This document shows, piece after piece, positions 18,867 through 28,650 of a DNA stretch of 64,000 nt; positions within the stretch are counted from its first letter, which is position 1; every line of letters starts with the position of its first letter. Origin of the DNA: a virus (Duplodnaviria; Heunggongvirae; Uroviricota; Caudoviricetes); the IMG/VR virus record IMGVR_UViG_3300035498_002028; one strand, 5' to 3'. Made by a program: the position numbers and the translations under genes. The notes beneath the pieces are model-generated. The model was given only the letters and a program-made list of their open reading frames with translations. It was not told the DNA's origin and did not search any database.

Positions 18867-19741
18867 ATTTTAATTTATTCTCCTGCTTCTCTCTTGTTCT
18901 GTCTTGGTTATAATTCGTAATCAAAACCTCAATATCTTTACTTCTATCAATTTTATGATAGTTGCAATTACTATAGTCACCGTTTAAGTAATGAACATTA
19001 TACTTATTCTTCCATTTATCTAATCGTGGGTTTTCATATTTTAGATTATTACTTAGTGCAAAACGAATTCCTCTCGTATCTAAAGCATCTAAAATATCAA
19101 GTAATCTTTTTTCGTTATCATCAGACCATCCACCATTTTCATTATATGCCGCCACACTATTATAATAAGGTGGGTCACAGTAAACAAAATCTCCTGGATT
19201 GATACTCAGATAATCAAAATCATAAAATTGCTGGTTTATAAATATACAATTTTTGCTATGCAGTGCATCAACAAATGCAATGAACTTTTGTCTCAACGCT
19301 GGATTAAAACTACTCCTATTTTTACCAAAGGGCATATTATACTTCCCATTATTATTAAAACGTATCTGATAGTTAAATGCATAACATATCATCGTATAAA
19401 ACATGATAGGACTGTTATCACCAAAATTATACGCATTTCTCAAATCAGAAAAGCCTTGAGCATTTTCTTTGCTTAATCCATAATTACTGATAATAGAATC
19501 AATTTCAGACAATAATTGTTCTATATCAGTTTCTTTTAAGTATTCCATTAAACCAACAACATGATTTTCAATATCATTATAGATTACTTTTCTTGCTTCT
19601 ACATTTATGCCTACGTTGAACCCCCCCGGCGAAAACGTCAACAAAAGTATCTATATCTGTTGGAAATAATGGGATAATTTCATCTAATAGCTTATATTTA
19701 CCACCAACATAATTCAGTGGGCTTTTGATATAATTTCCCAT
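18847..19741 (-). pseudogene. Second Dam-family adenine methyltransferase, frameshifted within a C7/G7 tract (19621-19627)
   Basis: The N-terminus MGNYIKSPLNYVGGKYKLL...FVDVFAGG is encoded from ATG 19741 in one frame. The rest (FNVGINV...DPPYY) is in the -1 frame from 19644. A single G fewer in the G7 run gives a continuous protein. Confidence 0.7.
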
Positions 19742-19776
19742 ATTGCTCTCCTTATTTCATTTGTTCTTTATACTTC

Positions 19777-20898
19777 TTATTCAAGCTCATCAATCAATTT
19801 TTCAAGCTCTTCTATGGCTCCTTTGCTCAAGCTATCTTGATATACTGCAAGCCATCTCTTAAATCTGCCATACAGAGATAAACCTGTTGACACGGGTGCA
19901 GCGGCAAGCTCTTCAATTCTTTTGTTGGTTTCATCTGATAAAATCTGTGCAACCCGATGTTGTACAAATACAGGATAGCCGCCAAGTGAGCGAACACGCT
20001 TTGATTGTTCTTCTGAACCAACGGGAATTGAAAATGGTTGTTTATTATTCTTGTCAAATTCTTCAATAAGAAGTTCTTTGATATTAGCATTCTCAATAAT
20101 ATCCATCTGGTAAATATCATCGCAATCTTCTTCAATCATTTTTCTTACAACTTCTGGTTTAATTTTACCGTTTAATAATGCTTCTGATATCATTTTTGAT
20201 GTAATTATCTTTGCATTCCAGCTATCGCAAGTCTTTCTGTCTCGCTCCAACTTGATATATTGCGGTTTAAAATTATAACCATATTGCAAGTCACCATAGT
20301 AATTGATTGCTAATCCGGCAACATATACTTCTCCACCATGTCCCGGAAGAATATCACCATAGCTTGTCTCAATTTTGTCAATATCATCATAGTTATAAAA
20401 CCCAAGCCATACGTCCTCAAGCTCATAATATTCGTCTACTGATACATTTCCGACCTCAATGACAAGACCTTGTTCTATTGGCTCTATTTCTGATACATAA
20501 AACGCTAATATTTTGTCTTTCCATTTTTGTGAATTTTTAAACCTACTATCCCAGCGTTGTTTTGCATTATTATTGTATATGGTGAATGTCTTACCAATAC
20601 GATTCAAAACTAATGCCGCAATCTTGTAGCCTTCTCCAAATTGACCAACAGTTGCGTCATTATTTGCTTTGCTTGTCCTGCCTAATAATAATGTGCTGAT
20701 ACTCAGCTTAGACTTCGGACTTATAAGCCTAATTACCTCCCTATCTGAATCATATTCAATTTTGAATTTATTCAGATTGTCGATTGTTTCTTGGTCAACG
20801 CCATTTTGTATCAATTCTCTCATAGCGTCTGTGTAATCCCAATCAGATACATATGTTGGCGTAAGTGTTAATTCATAGCACTTTGGATTATTTTGCAT
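19777..20898 (-). CDS. GHKL-superfamily (histidine kinase/MORC-like) ATPase
   Basis: ELIQNGVDQE (N-box E...N..D) and GQFGEGYK (G2 box). Confidence 0.45.
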   Translation of the reverse strand: MQNNPKCYELTLTPTYVSDWDYTDAMRELIQNGVDQETIDNLNKFKIEYDSDREVIRLISPKSKLSISTLLLGRTSKANNDATVGQFGEGYKIAALVLNRIGKTFTIYNNNAKQRWDSRFKNSQKWKDKILAFYVSEIEPIEQGLVIEVGNVSVDEYYELEDVWLGFYNYDDIDKIETSYGDILPGHGGEVYVAGLAINYYGDLQYGYNFKPQYIKLERDRKTCDSWNAKIITSKMISEALLNGKIKPEVVRKMIEEDCDDIYQMDIIENANIKELLIEEFDKNNKQPFSIPVGSEEQSKRVRSLGGYPVFVQHRVAQILSDETNKRIEELAAAPVSTGLSLYGRFKRWLAVYQDSLSKGAIEELEKLIDELE

Positions 20899-21006
20899 AC
20901 CGTAACCTCCCCAATCTTTTTAAAATTTCATCTGCAATTATATTGTAATCAACTACATCCCCCGCTCCCACTATCAATGCTCTTAGCATGTGATACACTT
21001 CCTTTC

Positions 21007-21327
21007 TTATATTAACTCTGCTCCACATTGAGGACAGAATTTTGCATTGACTAAATTATATTGTCCTATAGGTTCCGGGGCATTAGAATGGAATAACTGA
21101 CATTTACAATTGCCACATTTTATAATTGTCATGCCTTTTTGTTTAAAAAAAATTCTCGAAGCCTTGTCCCTATTCTCTGGTTTGCTTAACGATTCTTTGT
21201 AGAATTCATTTAACTCATTTCCTTTAAGCCACTTAATCCACGCGCCGCAATCCGAGCAATACGCTCCTGTCATTGTGTTCGTCTGTTTTATTTCAACATT
21301 TTTACTGTCACATTTTTTGCACTTCAC
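21007..21327 (-). CDS. zinc-ribbon protein
   Basis: CKKCDS...CSDCG and CGNCKC...CPQCG pairs. Confidence 0.5.
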   Translation of the reverse strand: MKCKKCDSKNVEIKQTNTMTGAYCSDCGAWIKWLKGNELNEFYKESLSKPENRDKASRIFFKQKGMTIIKCGNCKCQLFHSNAPEPIGQYNLVNAKFCPQCGAELI

Positions 21328-22573
21328 CTAATTCCCCCATTTCTTCAACAAGACTATCTCGGTTATTTTTGAGAACACCTTTCATTACCATATCTAAAAG
21401 GTAATTTAAAACTGCTCCAATTTGTTTGCCTTCATATCCAAAACGTTTTATATCGTTACCATTTACGGCAAGCTGAGAAAGCATAAAGCAATCATTTTTA
21501 TCCTTGACCATCATCGCAACATATAGCATATTTACAAAGACAATTTCCGCTTTATCATTTGATTTAGCCCTAGAGTATGCGATAGAATAGAACAATGCCA
21601 TTTGAGTATCTTCATACCCAATATCATGCATAATCTTCTTGATAAAGTATTCCATTCCACATTTCTCGGCATCATATTCCAAAATTTGCTGACCATATTT
21701 TCTAATATGCAGTACACTGAGGATGGTTTCATTATCGTATCTGAGGTTTGTAAGAATATCTTTTAATTGCTCTTCTGGAAAATCGAAGAACAAAGCCAAA
21801 CGAACATTTTTAATTTGGTCTGAATGCATAATATTACTTATATATGAAATATCTGTTTCTTTTAATGCCGGAAACATCTCAAAGAAAATGCTCTCTGCTT
21901 TGCGTAATATCTTTGAAACACTCACAGCATCTCCCATAAGAATCTGCGTGAGTTCAGAATTGATTCTCTCAGCAGATATTTTTGATAGTAATGTTTTTTT
22001 ATTTTCCATCGCCACAAAAGTATTATCTTCAATATCAAATCCAAATCGAACTGCAAATCTTAATGCTCTCATAATTCTCAAAGCATCTTCTGAAAAGCGC
22101 TCTTCTGGATTGCCAACGCAGCGCACAACCTTATTCTCAATATCTTGTATGCCGCCATATAAATCCACCAACCCATCTTTATTATTGTATGCCATGGCAT
22201 TCATTGTAAAATCTCTTCTGGATAAATCTTCTTTTAACGAGTTGGTAAAGACAACATTTTTAGGATGTCGAGCATCTTCATACTCTCCGTCAATACGATA
22301 TGTAGTAATTTCATACTGCTTATCGTCTTTTGCAATCGTAACTGTCCCATGTTTCAATCCGGTTGGAATAACTTTGAAATGATTGAAAATTTCAATTATC
22401 TGTTCTGGTTGAGCCGATGTGCATATATCCCAATCGTGAGGTTTCTTATTCATTATGCTATCTCTTACGCAGCCACCAACAATATATGCTTCGTATCCAG
22501 CTTCGTGTAGCATATGTAATATCAATTTTACATTCCCTGGCATTTCAATATTGATAAGCATTATTTCAATCAT
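21308..22573 (-). CDS. tRNA nucleotidyltransferase (CCA-adding enzyme family, class II NTase)
   Basis: GGCVRDSIMNKKPHDWDI ... RDFTMNAMAY match the CCA/poly(A) polymerase head domain; in-window tRNA genes do not encode CCA. Confidence 0.7.
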   Translation of the reverse strand: MIEIMLINIEMPGNVKLILHMLHEAGYEAYIVGGCVRDSIMNKKPHDWDICTSAQPEQIIEIFNHFKVIPTGLKHGTVTIAKDDKQYEITTYRIDGEYEDARHPKNVVFTNSLKEDLSRRDFTMNAMAYNNKDGLVDLYGGIQDIENKVVRCVGNPEERFSEDALRIMRALRFAVRFGFDIEDNTFVAMENKKTLLSKISAERINSELTQILMGDAVSVSKILRKAESIFFEMFPALKETDISYISNIMHSDQIKNVRLALFFDFPEEQLKDILTNLRYDNETILSVLHIRKYGQQILEYDAEKCGMEYFIKKIMHDIGYEDTQMALFYSIAYSRAKSNDKAEIVFVNMLYVAMMVKDKNDCFMLSQLAVNGNDIKRFGYEGKQIGAVLNYLLDMVMKGVLKNNRDSLVEEMGELGEVQKM

Positions 22574-22586
22574 CTCCTTTTAATGG

Positions 22587-23534
22587 TTAATTCCACGGAT
22601 TTGGTATTGGTTCTAAAAATCTCGCAAGACATCCGTTATGATAAAAAACTAAATCATCATCTTCGATTTGTTCACAAAAATAATACTTCACGATTTGATG
22701 ATATATTTCTGCACTCAAACATTTAAACTCAACTAGTTCAGAATCATTTATCATATGTTTAATCCAGCCATCAGTATTGTAAATCCTTTCCAATCTAAAC
22801 ATGGTAAGTCGTATATATTTCTTCACATCACTAAATTCCAATGCATTTTTGACGCAATCATATAACATATCAATATCACCATCAGATGATATTCGTATTT
22901 TAGGCTGCAATATAATCTCATCTTCTCCGAGACTGAACACTTCAAATTTACCTGCAATATGTGGAATAATTGTATCTAATAATTCGCTCATCAGATATCT
23001 TTCATATTGAATCTGTTTCTTTGGATTGCAAGCTCCCATAACAACTTGTCGTATATACTTGCTGTTAATAATATGTTTGCTGTTTGTATAGGAACTAACG
23101 AACTCTTCCCAGGTATCACAATAATTAAAAATACTGCTAGACCAATAATGCAATGCTGAGAAATTTGCCTTCTTCATATCCAATGACATAAATACAAGCC
23201 CATTGTTATCCTCGACATATACATTCTTCCTTGGATACTGACTGTTTACCGTATACTGATTATATGAAAATGCATTAAATTCAACATTTTCTTTTATGTC
23301 AGTTATAATATTGTCTTTTACTTGGTTATAGTATTCGAAATAATCTTGTTCACAGTTATATGATTCAAGTTCCTTGCAGAAAATTTCAAATGCTTCAACA
23401 CATGGTTTTACTATATTTATGATGTTTAATCGCTGCATAAAATATGGATTATCATAAACTGCAATAGGAATATTGTAGTCTTTGCAAAATCTCTTCTTTA
23501 ATGAAATTGATTGCAATGCTTCATCTCTTGTCAT
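22587..23534 (-). CDS. hypothetical protein
   Basis: 315-aa ORF. Confidence 0.5.
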   Translation of the reverse strand: MTRDEALQSISLKKRFCKDYNIPIAVYDNPYFMQRLNIINIVKPCVEAFEIFCKELESYNCEQDYFEYYNQVKDNIITDIKENVEFNAFSYNQYTVNSQYPRKNVYVEDNNGLVFMSLDMKKANFSALHYWSSSIFNYCDTWEEFVSSYTNSKHIINSKYIRQVVMGACNPKKQIQYERYLMSELLDTIIPHIAGKFEVFSLGEDEIILQPKIRISSDGDIDMLYDCVKNALEFSDVKKYIRLTMFRLERIYNTDGWIKHMINDSELVEFKCLSAEIYHQIVKYYFCEQIEDDDLVFYHNGCLARFLEPIPNPWN

Positions 23535-23606
23535 TTCATACCTCGTTGTTTGCCGTTTTCTCTACGAATTTTCAAATCATCCTCAGAGTTTAGAACTCCA
23601 TCTACA

Positions 23607-24644
23607 TCAAGAAATATAACCTTCATTTGTTATCACCCTCTCATTTACACTGGCAACGAAATCGTCAATCTTTTCTCTGTCAACGGTATCCGGCAAACCT
23701 GTATGCTCTTTTAAGTAATCCAATTTTTTCTCCATATCGTCTACAATCTTGTAGAATTCCTGCGTTGGTTGTCTATTTTCGTCAAGATACTTGCCATTTC
23801 TGATATCCATTAAAAAGTCATGTTCTTTTTCTCTATATGTGCAAATCTCACCATATTCAAGTATGTCAAAACACATTAAATATAGTCTTACAAGATGGCA
23901 CATATGTTTCCCTAATTTACTGTGCTCAATCGCTTTACTGTTACGTTTGCCTATTTTCCCATAACCGCTCACAATAGCTTTCATCTCGTTCCACATATTA
24001 GCCCAATCCCTTAGTGGATAATGCTGTAAATTGATATTCATAAATATTTCAGTATCGTATCCTTCTTCAACTGCTTTATCAATAAACAACTCAAGCTCGC
24101 CATCCGACATGGGAAAATAATTCTGTTTAAAATCAACCGATGCATGTTCAATTGTTTTTAAAATATGCTTCTCATTGTCACTTTGGCTTACAAGTCTTGC
24201 GGATTTGTTTTCAAGGCGGCGAAGCTGCGCATTTGCGTAACCTCCAAAAGAATGAATTGCCTGCTTAGAAAGAAACATCTTTCTGTTATTTACAAGTTCT
24301 TCACCTATTGGAGATAAATACAGATAATGCTCTGGTTTCAAGCCTAAAATTTCAATTGTGTTTGGGTTACATTTGCACAGCAATTCGATAATTTTGTCGA
24401 ATGAGTAAACTGTAGTATCTGTTTCCACGTCCACGACTTGTTCAAAATCTTTACCTGTTAAAATATTCCTTCTTGAATTTGTGGCAATCCCCCGAACATC
24501 TAAGTCGCTGTTTTCATTACTGGTTCCATATGCATGGCTGCCGCCTAATCCTAACAGGACAATATGACTTCCCAGACTTTCATGTTGTCTAAGGAAGTCA
24601 TAGTCGGACGATTGAACTTTTGTTTTAATTTCTTCTAAATTCAT
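23607..24644 (-). CDS. Pol-beta superfamily nucleotidyltransferase (minimal NTase core)
   Basis: LGLGGSHAYGTSNENSDLDVRGI matches the GS....G......SD.D NTase motif. Confidence 0.5.
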   Translation of the reverse strand: MNLEEIKTKVQSSDYDFLRQHESLGSHIVLLGLGGSHAYGTSNENSDLDVRGIATNSRRNILTGKDFEQVVDVETDTTVYSFDKIIELLCKCNPNTIEILGLKPEHYLYLSPIGEELVNNRKMFLSKQAIHSFGGYANAQLRRLENKSARLVSQSDNEKHILKTIEHASVDFKQNYFPMSDGELELFIDKAVEEGYDTEIFMNINLQHYPLRDWANMWNEMKAIVSGYGKIGKRNSKAIEHSKLGKHMCHLVRLYLMCFDILEYGEICTYREKEHDFLMDIRNGKYLDENRQPTQEFYKIVDDMEKKLDYLKEHTGLPDTVDREKIDDFVASVNERVITNEGYIS

Positions 24645-24686
24645 ATCGTACTTCTCTTATATATGTTGTTCTGTCCTAATTATTTC

Positions 24687-25367
24687 TTACAAAAGTACCA
24701 AGATTGAAGAATCAAGGGTCAAAAACGGACGAACACCGTAGCAATAGCCACAATCATACCAATTCAACGTACCACTGGAGATGACGCAGCAAACGCCACG
24801 AGCATAATCATTTGATGGTGTACTATATGGTGTAATCAGATACCACCAGTCTGAATACTGCTCGTTCACACCGAGAATCTTATGGTATTTTGCGTATTCT
24901 GCTGCTGATAAAAGACTGATTTTATCATCACAATAACCATAATCATCCAGCCCATCCAAAGAGGTTAAGTCCCTTCTAAAGCCAAGAATGCTATCAGAAC
25001 CAACAATAGCTGCTAATTCCTTTAAATAATCTCCATTGAGCTTTCTCCGGATATCACTTTCTTTCCAGTCATTGCTATCTCCAAATTTCATGCTCATATG
25101 GAAATCAGCTGCAATAACTTTTGTTGCATTAACTGTCTGTTCAAGAACCATAAACTCTCTGTCACCGATTTTAAAATGCTCTCCTACTTTCAATGTCGAA
25201 AGCTGAACTTTACCAGCATTTAAAACCTTCTCAATATCTGCTGTGATATCAATAATGAGCTTACCATTTTCAATTTTCATGTTTGTCTGGTCTACTGTAA
25301 TCTGCATTTTTCTTACCTTATTTACCTTTCTTTTAAATCTTTTAATCATATCAGTTCCTCTTCTCAA
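24687..25367 (-). CDS. hypothetical protein
   Basis: 226-aa ORF; consensus sigma70 promoter lies upstream. Confidence 0.5.
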   Translation of the reverse strand: MRRGTDMIKRFKRKVNKVRKMQITVDQTNMKIENGKLIIDITADIEKVLNAGKVQLSTLKVGEHFKIGDREFMVLEQTVNATKVIAADFHMSMKFGDSNDWKESDIRRKLNGDYLKELAAIVGSDSILGFRRDLTSLDGLDDYGYCDDKISLLSAAEYAKYHKILGVNEQYSDWWYLITPYSTPSNDYARGVCCVISSGTLNWYDCGYCYGVRPFLTLDSSILVLL

Positions 25368-25384
25368 TACTTATTCTGTCTTAC

Positions 25385-25430
25385 TTATTATATTGTAATG
25401 CACAATTATTGCTTTGTCAATAGTTTTTCT
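25385..25430 (-). promoter_or_regulatory. sigma70-type promoter (TTGACA-N17-TACAAT) with conserved CAGAAAAACTATTGACA
   Basis: Minus strand: TTGACA at 25420-25415, TACAAT at 25397-25392; upstream of 25367 start. Confidence 0.5.
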
Positions 25431-25439
25431 GCATTATCT

Positions 25440-25751
25440 TTAAATAGTATATGCAACCAGTGGCATAATAAAGGGTAACTGAAAATCTGATATATGTACA
25501 GGACTTTCACATAAATATGAACCACATAACATATTGCCATATGAATATCTTGGTATATCATAAGAATAAGCAGGTGGTGGTAATGGTTGGAGCGAACATT
25601 GCATCACTCCGAATAATCCATTTTTGTATAGAGAATAATATCTATAATTTTTTTCGATAACAATTTCATCCAGTTGTCTTTGCTGTAATTTATTCATATG
25701 AAACATATTGACCAACCGTATTCTTGCCTTAGATTCTCTATTTCTTTTCAT
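25440..25751 (-). CDS. hypothetical protein
   Basis: 103-aa ORF. Confidence 0.4.
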   Translation of the reverse strand: MKRNRESKARIRLVNMFHMNKLQQRQLDEIVIEKNYRYYSLYKNGLFGVMQCSLQPLPPPAYSYDIPRYSYGNMLCGSYLCESPVHISDFQLPFIMPLVAYTI

Positions 25752-25760
25752 AAACCACTC

Positions 25761-26195
25761 CTACATATTTATATCAGCCAAACTTGCAATTCTGATGATG
25801 GCATCATCTGGTGTATGTCCGTCCCATTTTGGTGCATGGTCAAGCTCTGGTACATTGAAAATGTCCCAATATGGTTCAATATCATAATGATATGTAGCTT
25901 GTCCTTTTGGAGTGTTAATGCCTACAATAAACATTCCGTCATACATATCACCAGTATCATGCAGCCTGGACTTCCATGCAAGCTCCGGATTGTTATTACA
26001 GATTACAGCAAACAAAATTGCTCTATGATGATATAGCTCATCAAAGGTATGGTATCCATCTGATACCTTACCGTATTCACCATTTAGAATTAGTCTTGTA
26101 TCCTCTCTAATTAACTCTTTACTAGGCGTTTGCAAAACGCCAAAAGCCGCATAAATACGGCATTTTTTTGTTGACAAAATAAAATATCTCCTCAC
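25761..26195 (-). CDS. hypothetical protein
   Basis: 144-aa ORF. Confidence 0.45.
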   Translation of the reverse strand: MRRYFILSTKKCRIYAAFGVLQTPSKELIREDTRLILNGEYGKVSDGYHTFDELYHHRAILFAVICNNNPELAWKSRLHDTGDMYDGMFIVGINTPKGQATYHYDIEPYWDIFNVPELDHAPKWDGHTPDDAIIRIASLADINM

Positions 26196-26260
26196 GGCTT
26201 ATGGTAAAATAGAGTTGACTAAAAACCATCATACCAACCACCGAAAGGAGATATACTCAT

Positions 26261-26773
26261 ATGATACCATATAAGCAGCTCAAATTGGCAGATGTTTTTG
26301 AAGAATGTCAGGAAATTTTTGATTCTGACAAGCCCCGGTTTCTGTCTCTTCTTGAAAACCACATTGACCTTGATTCAATTATTCCGGTTTCCTTCCGAAA
26401 CCACTACTATGCATCAACGGGTCGTTCCCGTAAATACCCTTTAACTGCCATGCTCTGGGCTCTTATCATCCAGCGCATATTTTCTATCCCGACAGATTCT
26501 CTTTTGCTTGTTTTTCTCTGTTACTCCAGAGAATTAAGAGAGTTCTGTGGTTTTAGCAAAGTTCCTGACGCCTCCAAGATAACCCGGTTCAAGCAGGACT
26601 TCCTTTTGGACTTACAATCGGTTTTTGAAAATCTCGTGGATCTTACCGAACCGATCTGCCAGGCAATTGATTCTGCAAAAGCCGATATGACCATTTTTGA
26701 CACATCTAACTCTTTACTCTGCATCTGTTACAACCTCCATATCTCCAACCAATCTTTCAATGTCCGGTTTTAG
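26261..26773 (+). mobile_element. Truncated IS transposase N-terminal fragment (InsH/DUF772-like); the only plus-strand gene
   Basis: FRNHYYASTGRSRKYPLTAMLWALIIQRIF...VPDASKITRFKQ is the transposase InsH N-terminal domain. No DDE domain follows and the ORF ends at 170 aa. An AGGAG RBS precedes the ATG. Confidence 0.55.
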
Positions 26774-27061
26774 GCTTTCCCATGCTGCAATGTACGCTTT
26801 TATAATCGCATCCTTGCCAACAAATTCCTCATACTTCTTATTTAGATAAGTTTCTCTATCACTATAATCCATACTACGATATTTATAACAATCAGTAATA
26901 TCATGTCTATAGCTTTGCCATTTCCTCTTTCTAAATGGTTTATACTCTATATCATCAATTCTCCAATAATATGATGACATCGAATAATTATCAACCAAAG
27001 ATATATAAATAGCAATCTCTGTCTTGTCCTCTTTCTTAAAGTTATATGCTTTTGCTCTCAT
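26714..27061 (-). CDS. hypothetical protein
   Basis: 115-aa ORF. Confidence 0.4.
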   Translation of the reverse strand: MRAKAYNFKKEDKTEIAIYISLVDNYSMSSYYWRIDDIEYKPFRKRKWQSYRHDITDCYKYRSMDYSDRETYLNKKYEEFVGKDAIIKAYIAAWESLKPDIERLVGDMEVVTDAE

Positions 27062-27091
27062 TTCATAAACCTCGTTATTCAGTGTGTAAAA

Positions 27092-27865
27092 TCAATCTTC
27101 CAACCAATAGTTGTCAAGATAATAAAAGCCATACACTACTCCACCTATTGCCGCAATCCAAAATATCCAAAATATAATTGTTCCTGCGCTTGAAGTAAAA
27201 GCATCAAGCGTCTCTTCTATATTTTTGTCCTCATAGAATTTACTCTCATTTGAGATTGTTCCATTATAAAGTTTGGTATAAATTGTCCCTGTGTGTTTTG
27301 CAGCGACACCATAATACTCATACCTAACACTGCTAGATTTTTTGATAGTGGTTATATAATGTGAGCTAGGTGTCTTAATGGTTCCATATGGAAATTCAAT
27401 GCCGCAAAATGTTATTTTTTCGCTATGCGTTTTCCAACTATCATAGTAATCCCATGAATAATATACTTCTGTATGGCTTCCTTTAACATTTCCCTTTTCA
27501 TCATAATCAATGACTGTTTTCTCATGGCGATTATAATGCTGTTCTTCTTTGTATACATATAGGTATTCGCCGCCGATTTCATCAAAATTGACGGTATCGA
27601 CAGCTTGTAAATCCCCATAGACGAATGCATTACCAACATTGGTTTTCATTCCATATTCAAACATATCTGATTCTGTAATCTGAATAGCTTTCTGGTATTC
27701 TGCATTCTTATCATTCTGATAATCAGATATTTTCCCAGAAATTCCGAAACCAATAATGAGCATAAAAGCAATAATAACAATACTTGCAATTACCTCTCTT
27801 TTGGTTATTTCCATTCTTTTAGTCCTCATCAAATAAATTCTGTGGCGCATCCTCCGATACATCAT
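27092..27865 (-). CDS. membrane protein with N- and C-terminal TM helices
   Basis: IASIVIIAFMLIIGFGISG and IIFWIFWIAAIGGVVYGFYY hydrophobic segments. Confidence 0.5.
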   Translation of the reverse strand: MMYRRMRHRIYLMRTKRMEITKREVIASIVIIAFMLIIGFGISGKISDYQNDKNAEYQKAIQITESDMFEYGMKTNVGNAFVYGDLQAVDTVNFDEIGGEYLYVYKEEQHYNRHEKTVIDYDEKGNVKGSHTEVYYSWDYYDSWKTHSEKITFCGIEFPYGTIKTPSSHYITTIKKSSSVRYEYYGVAAKHTGTIYTKLYNGTISNESKFYEDKNIEETLDAFTSSAGTIIFWIFWIAAIGGVVYGFYYLDNYWLED

Positions 27866-28424
27866 AATTTAACCTCTCAAATCCGGCATTCTCATACCCT
27901 GTTATACTTAGGAAGATTCTTGTGGGGAATTTTTTCACGTATCTGTTATATGCTGTTACAGACTTGTTATAATTTTCCCTATATTGTGCAATCAGATTTT
28001 CAGTTGTTGATAGCTCTGTCATAAACTGCTTATAATTCTCATTGCTTTGTAATTCCGGATACGCATACGCTACAGCCGTAATAGAAGTTTGGATATCATT
28101 TACTTCTGCACCTTTGCTCATACTATCTGCAAGCTGCGTTAATGTTGTCGATTCATGCTTATCATACTGTTTAACGCAATCAGCAAGATTGTAAACTAAG
28201 TCAACTCTTCGCTTCTCTTGAACTTTAATATCTGATTGAGCCGTATAAACAGTTTCTTCCAGACTAATCGCTCTATTCTGTGCTGATTGAACGCCAAAAA
28301 TAATCATTAAAATAAATGCGATGACCGCCGCTCCAATTATCAGCGGCAATTTCCAACTTGATTTCATTCTATTGTTCCTCCAATGCGTTTTCATAAAAAT
28401 TGTCGAATGGTTCAGTTTCTCCAT
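27819..28424 (-). CDS. LemA-family membrane protein
   Basis: N-terminal TM helix, then RRVDLVYNLADCVKQYDKHE... pattern typical of LemA. Confidence 0.5.
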   Translation of the reverse strand: MEKLNHSTIFMKTHWRNNRMKSSWKLPLIIGAAVIAFILMIIFGVQSAQNRAISLEETVYTAQSDIKVQEKRRVDLVYNLADCVKQYDKHESTTLTQLADSMSKGAEVNDIQTSITAVAYAYPELQSNENYKQFMTELSTTENLIAQYRENYNKSVTAYNRYVKKFPTRIFLSITGYENAGFERLNYDVSEDAPQNLFDED

Positions 28425-28650
28425 TCAAATGCCAGTTTGCAATTTCTAATCCTTGTCCATAAAGTGTGTCAAAATACATTTGGAATTTAATTGACACACA
28501 TGCAATTTGTCTTGCATCAGAAATAGCTTTATCTACGGCAGCTTTGCCATTGAAGCCACCGTAGTATTCGTATTCTGCCAGCTTTGCAATAGATGTTTCT
28601 GGATTGAGAATTGCAAGTGCATCCTCCAAACTCATCTCTTTGTTTCTCAT
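28369..28650 (-). CDS. hypothetical protein
   Basis: 93-aa ORF. Confidence 0.4.
   Translation of the reverse strand: MRNKEMSLEDALAILNPETSIAKLAEYEYYGGFNGKAAVDKAISDARQIACVSIKFQMYFDTLYGQGLEIANWHLNGETEPFDNFYENALEEQ

Noticed and set aside
26171-26210. sigma70 promoter for the plus-strand transposase fragment (TTGACA ... TGGTAAAAT)
   Set aside because: The spacing between TTGACA and the extended -10 is about 28 nt, too long for a functional pair, so it is left unannotated.
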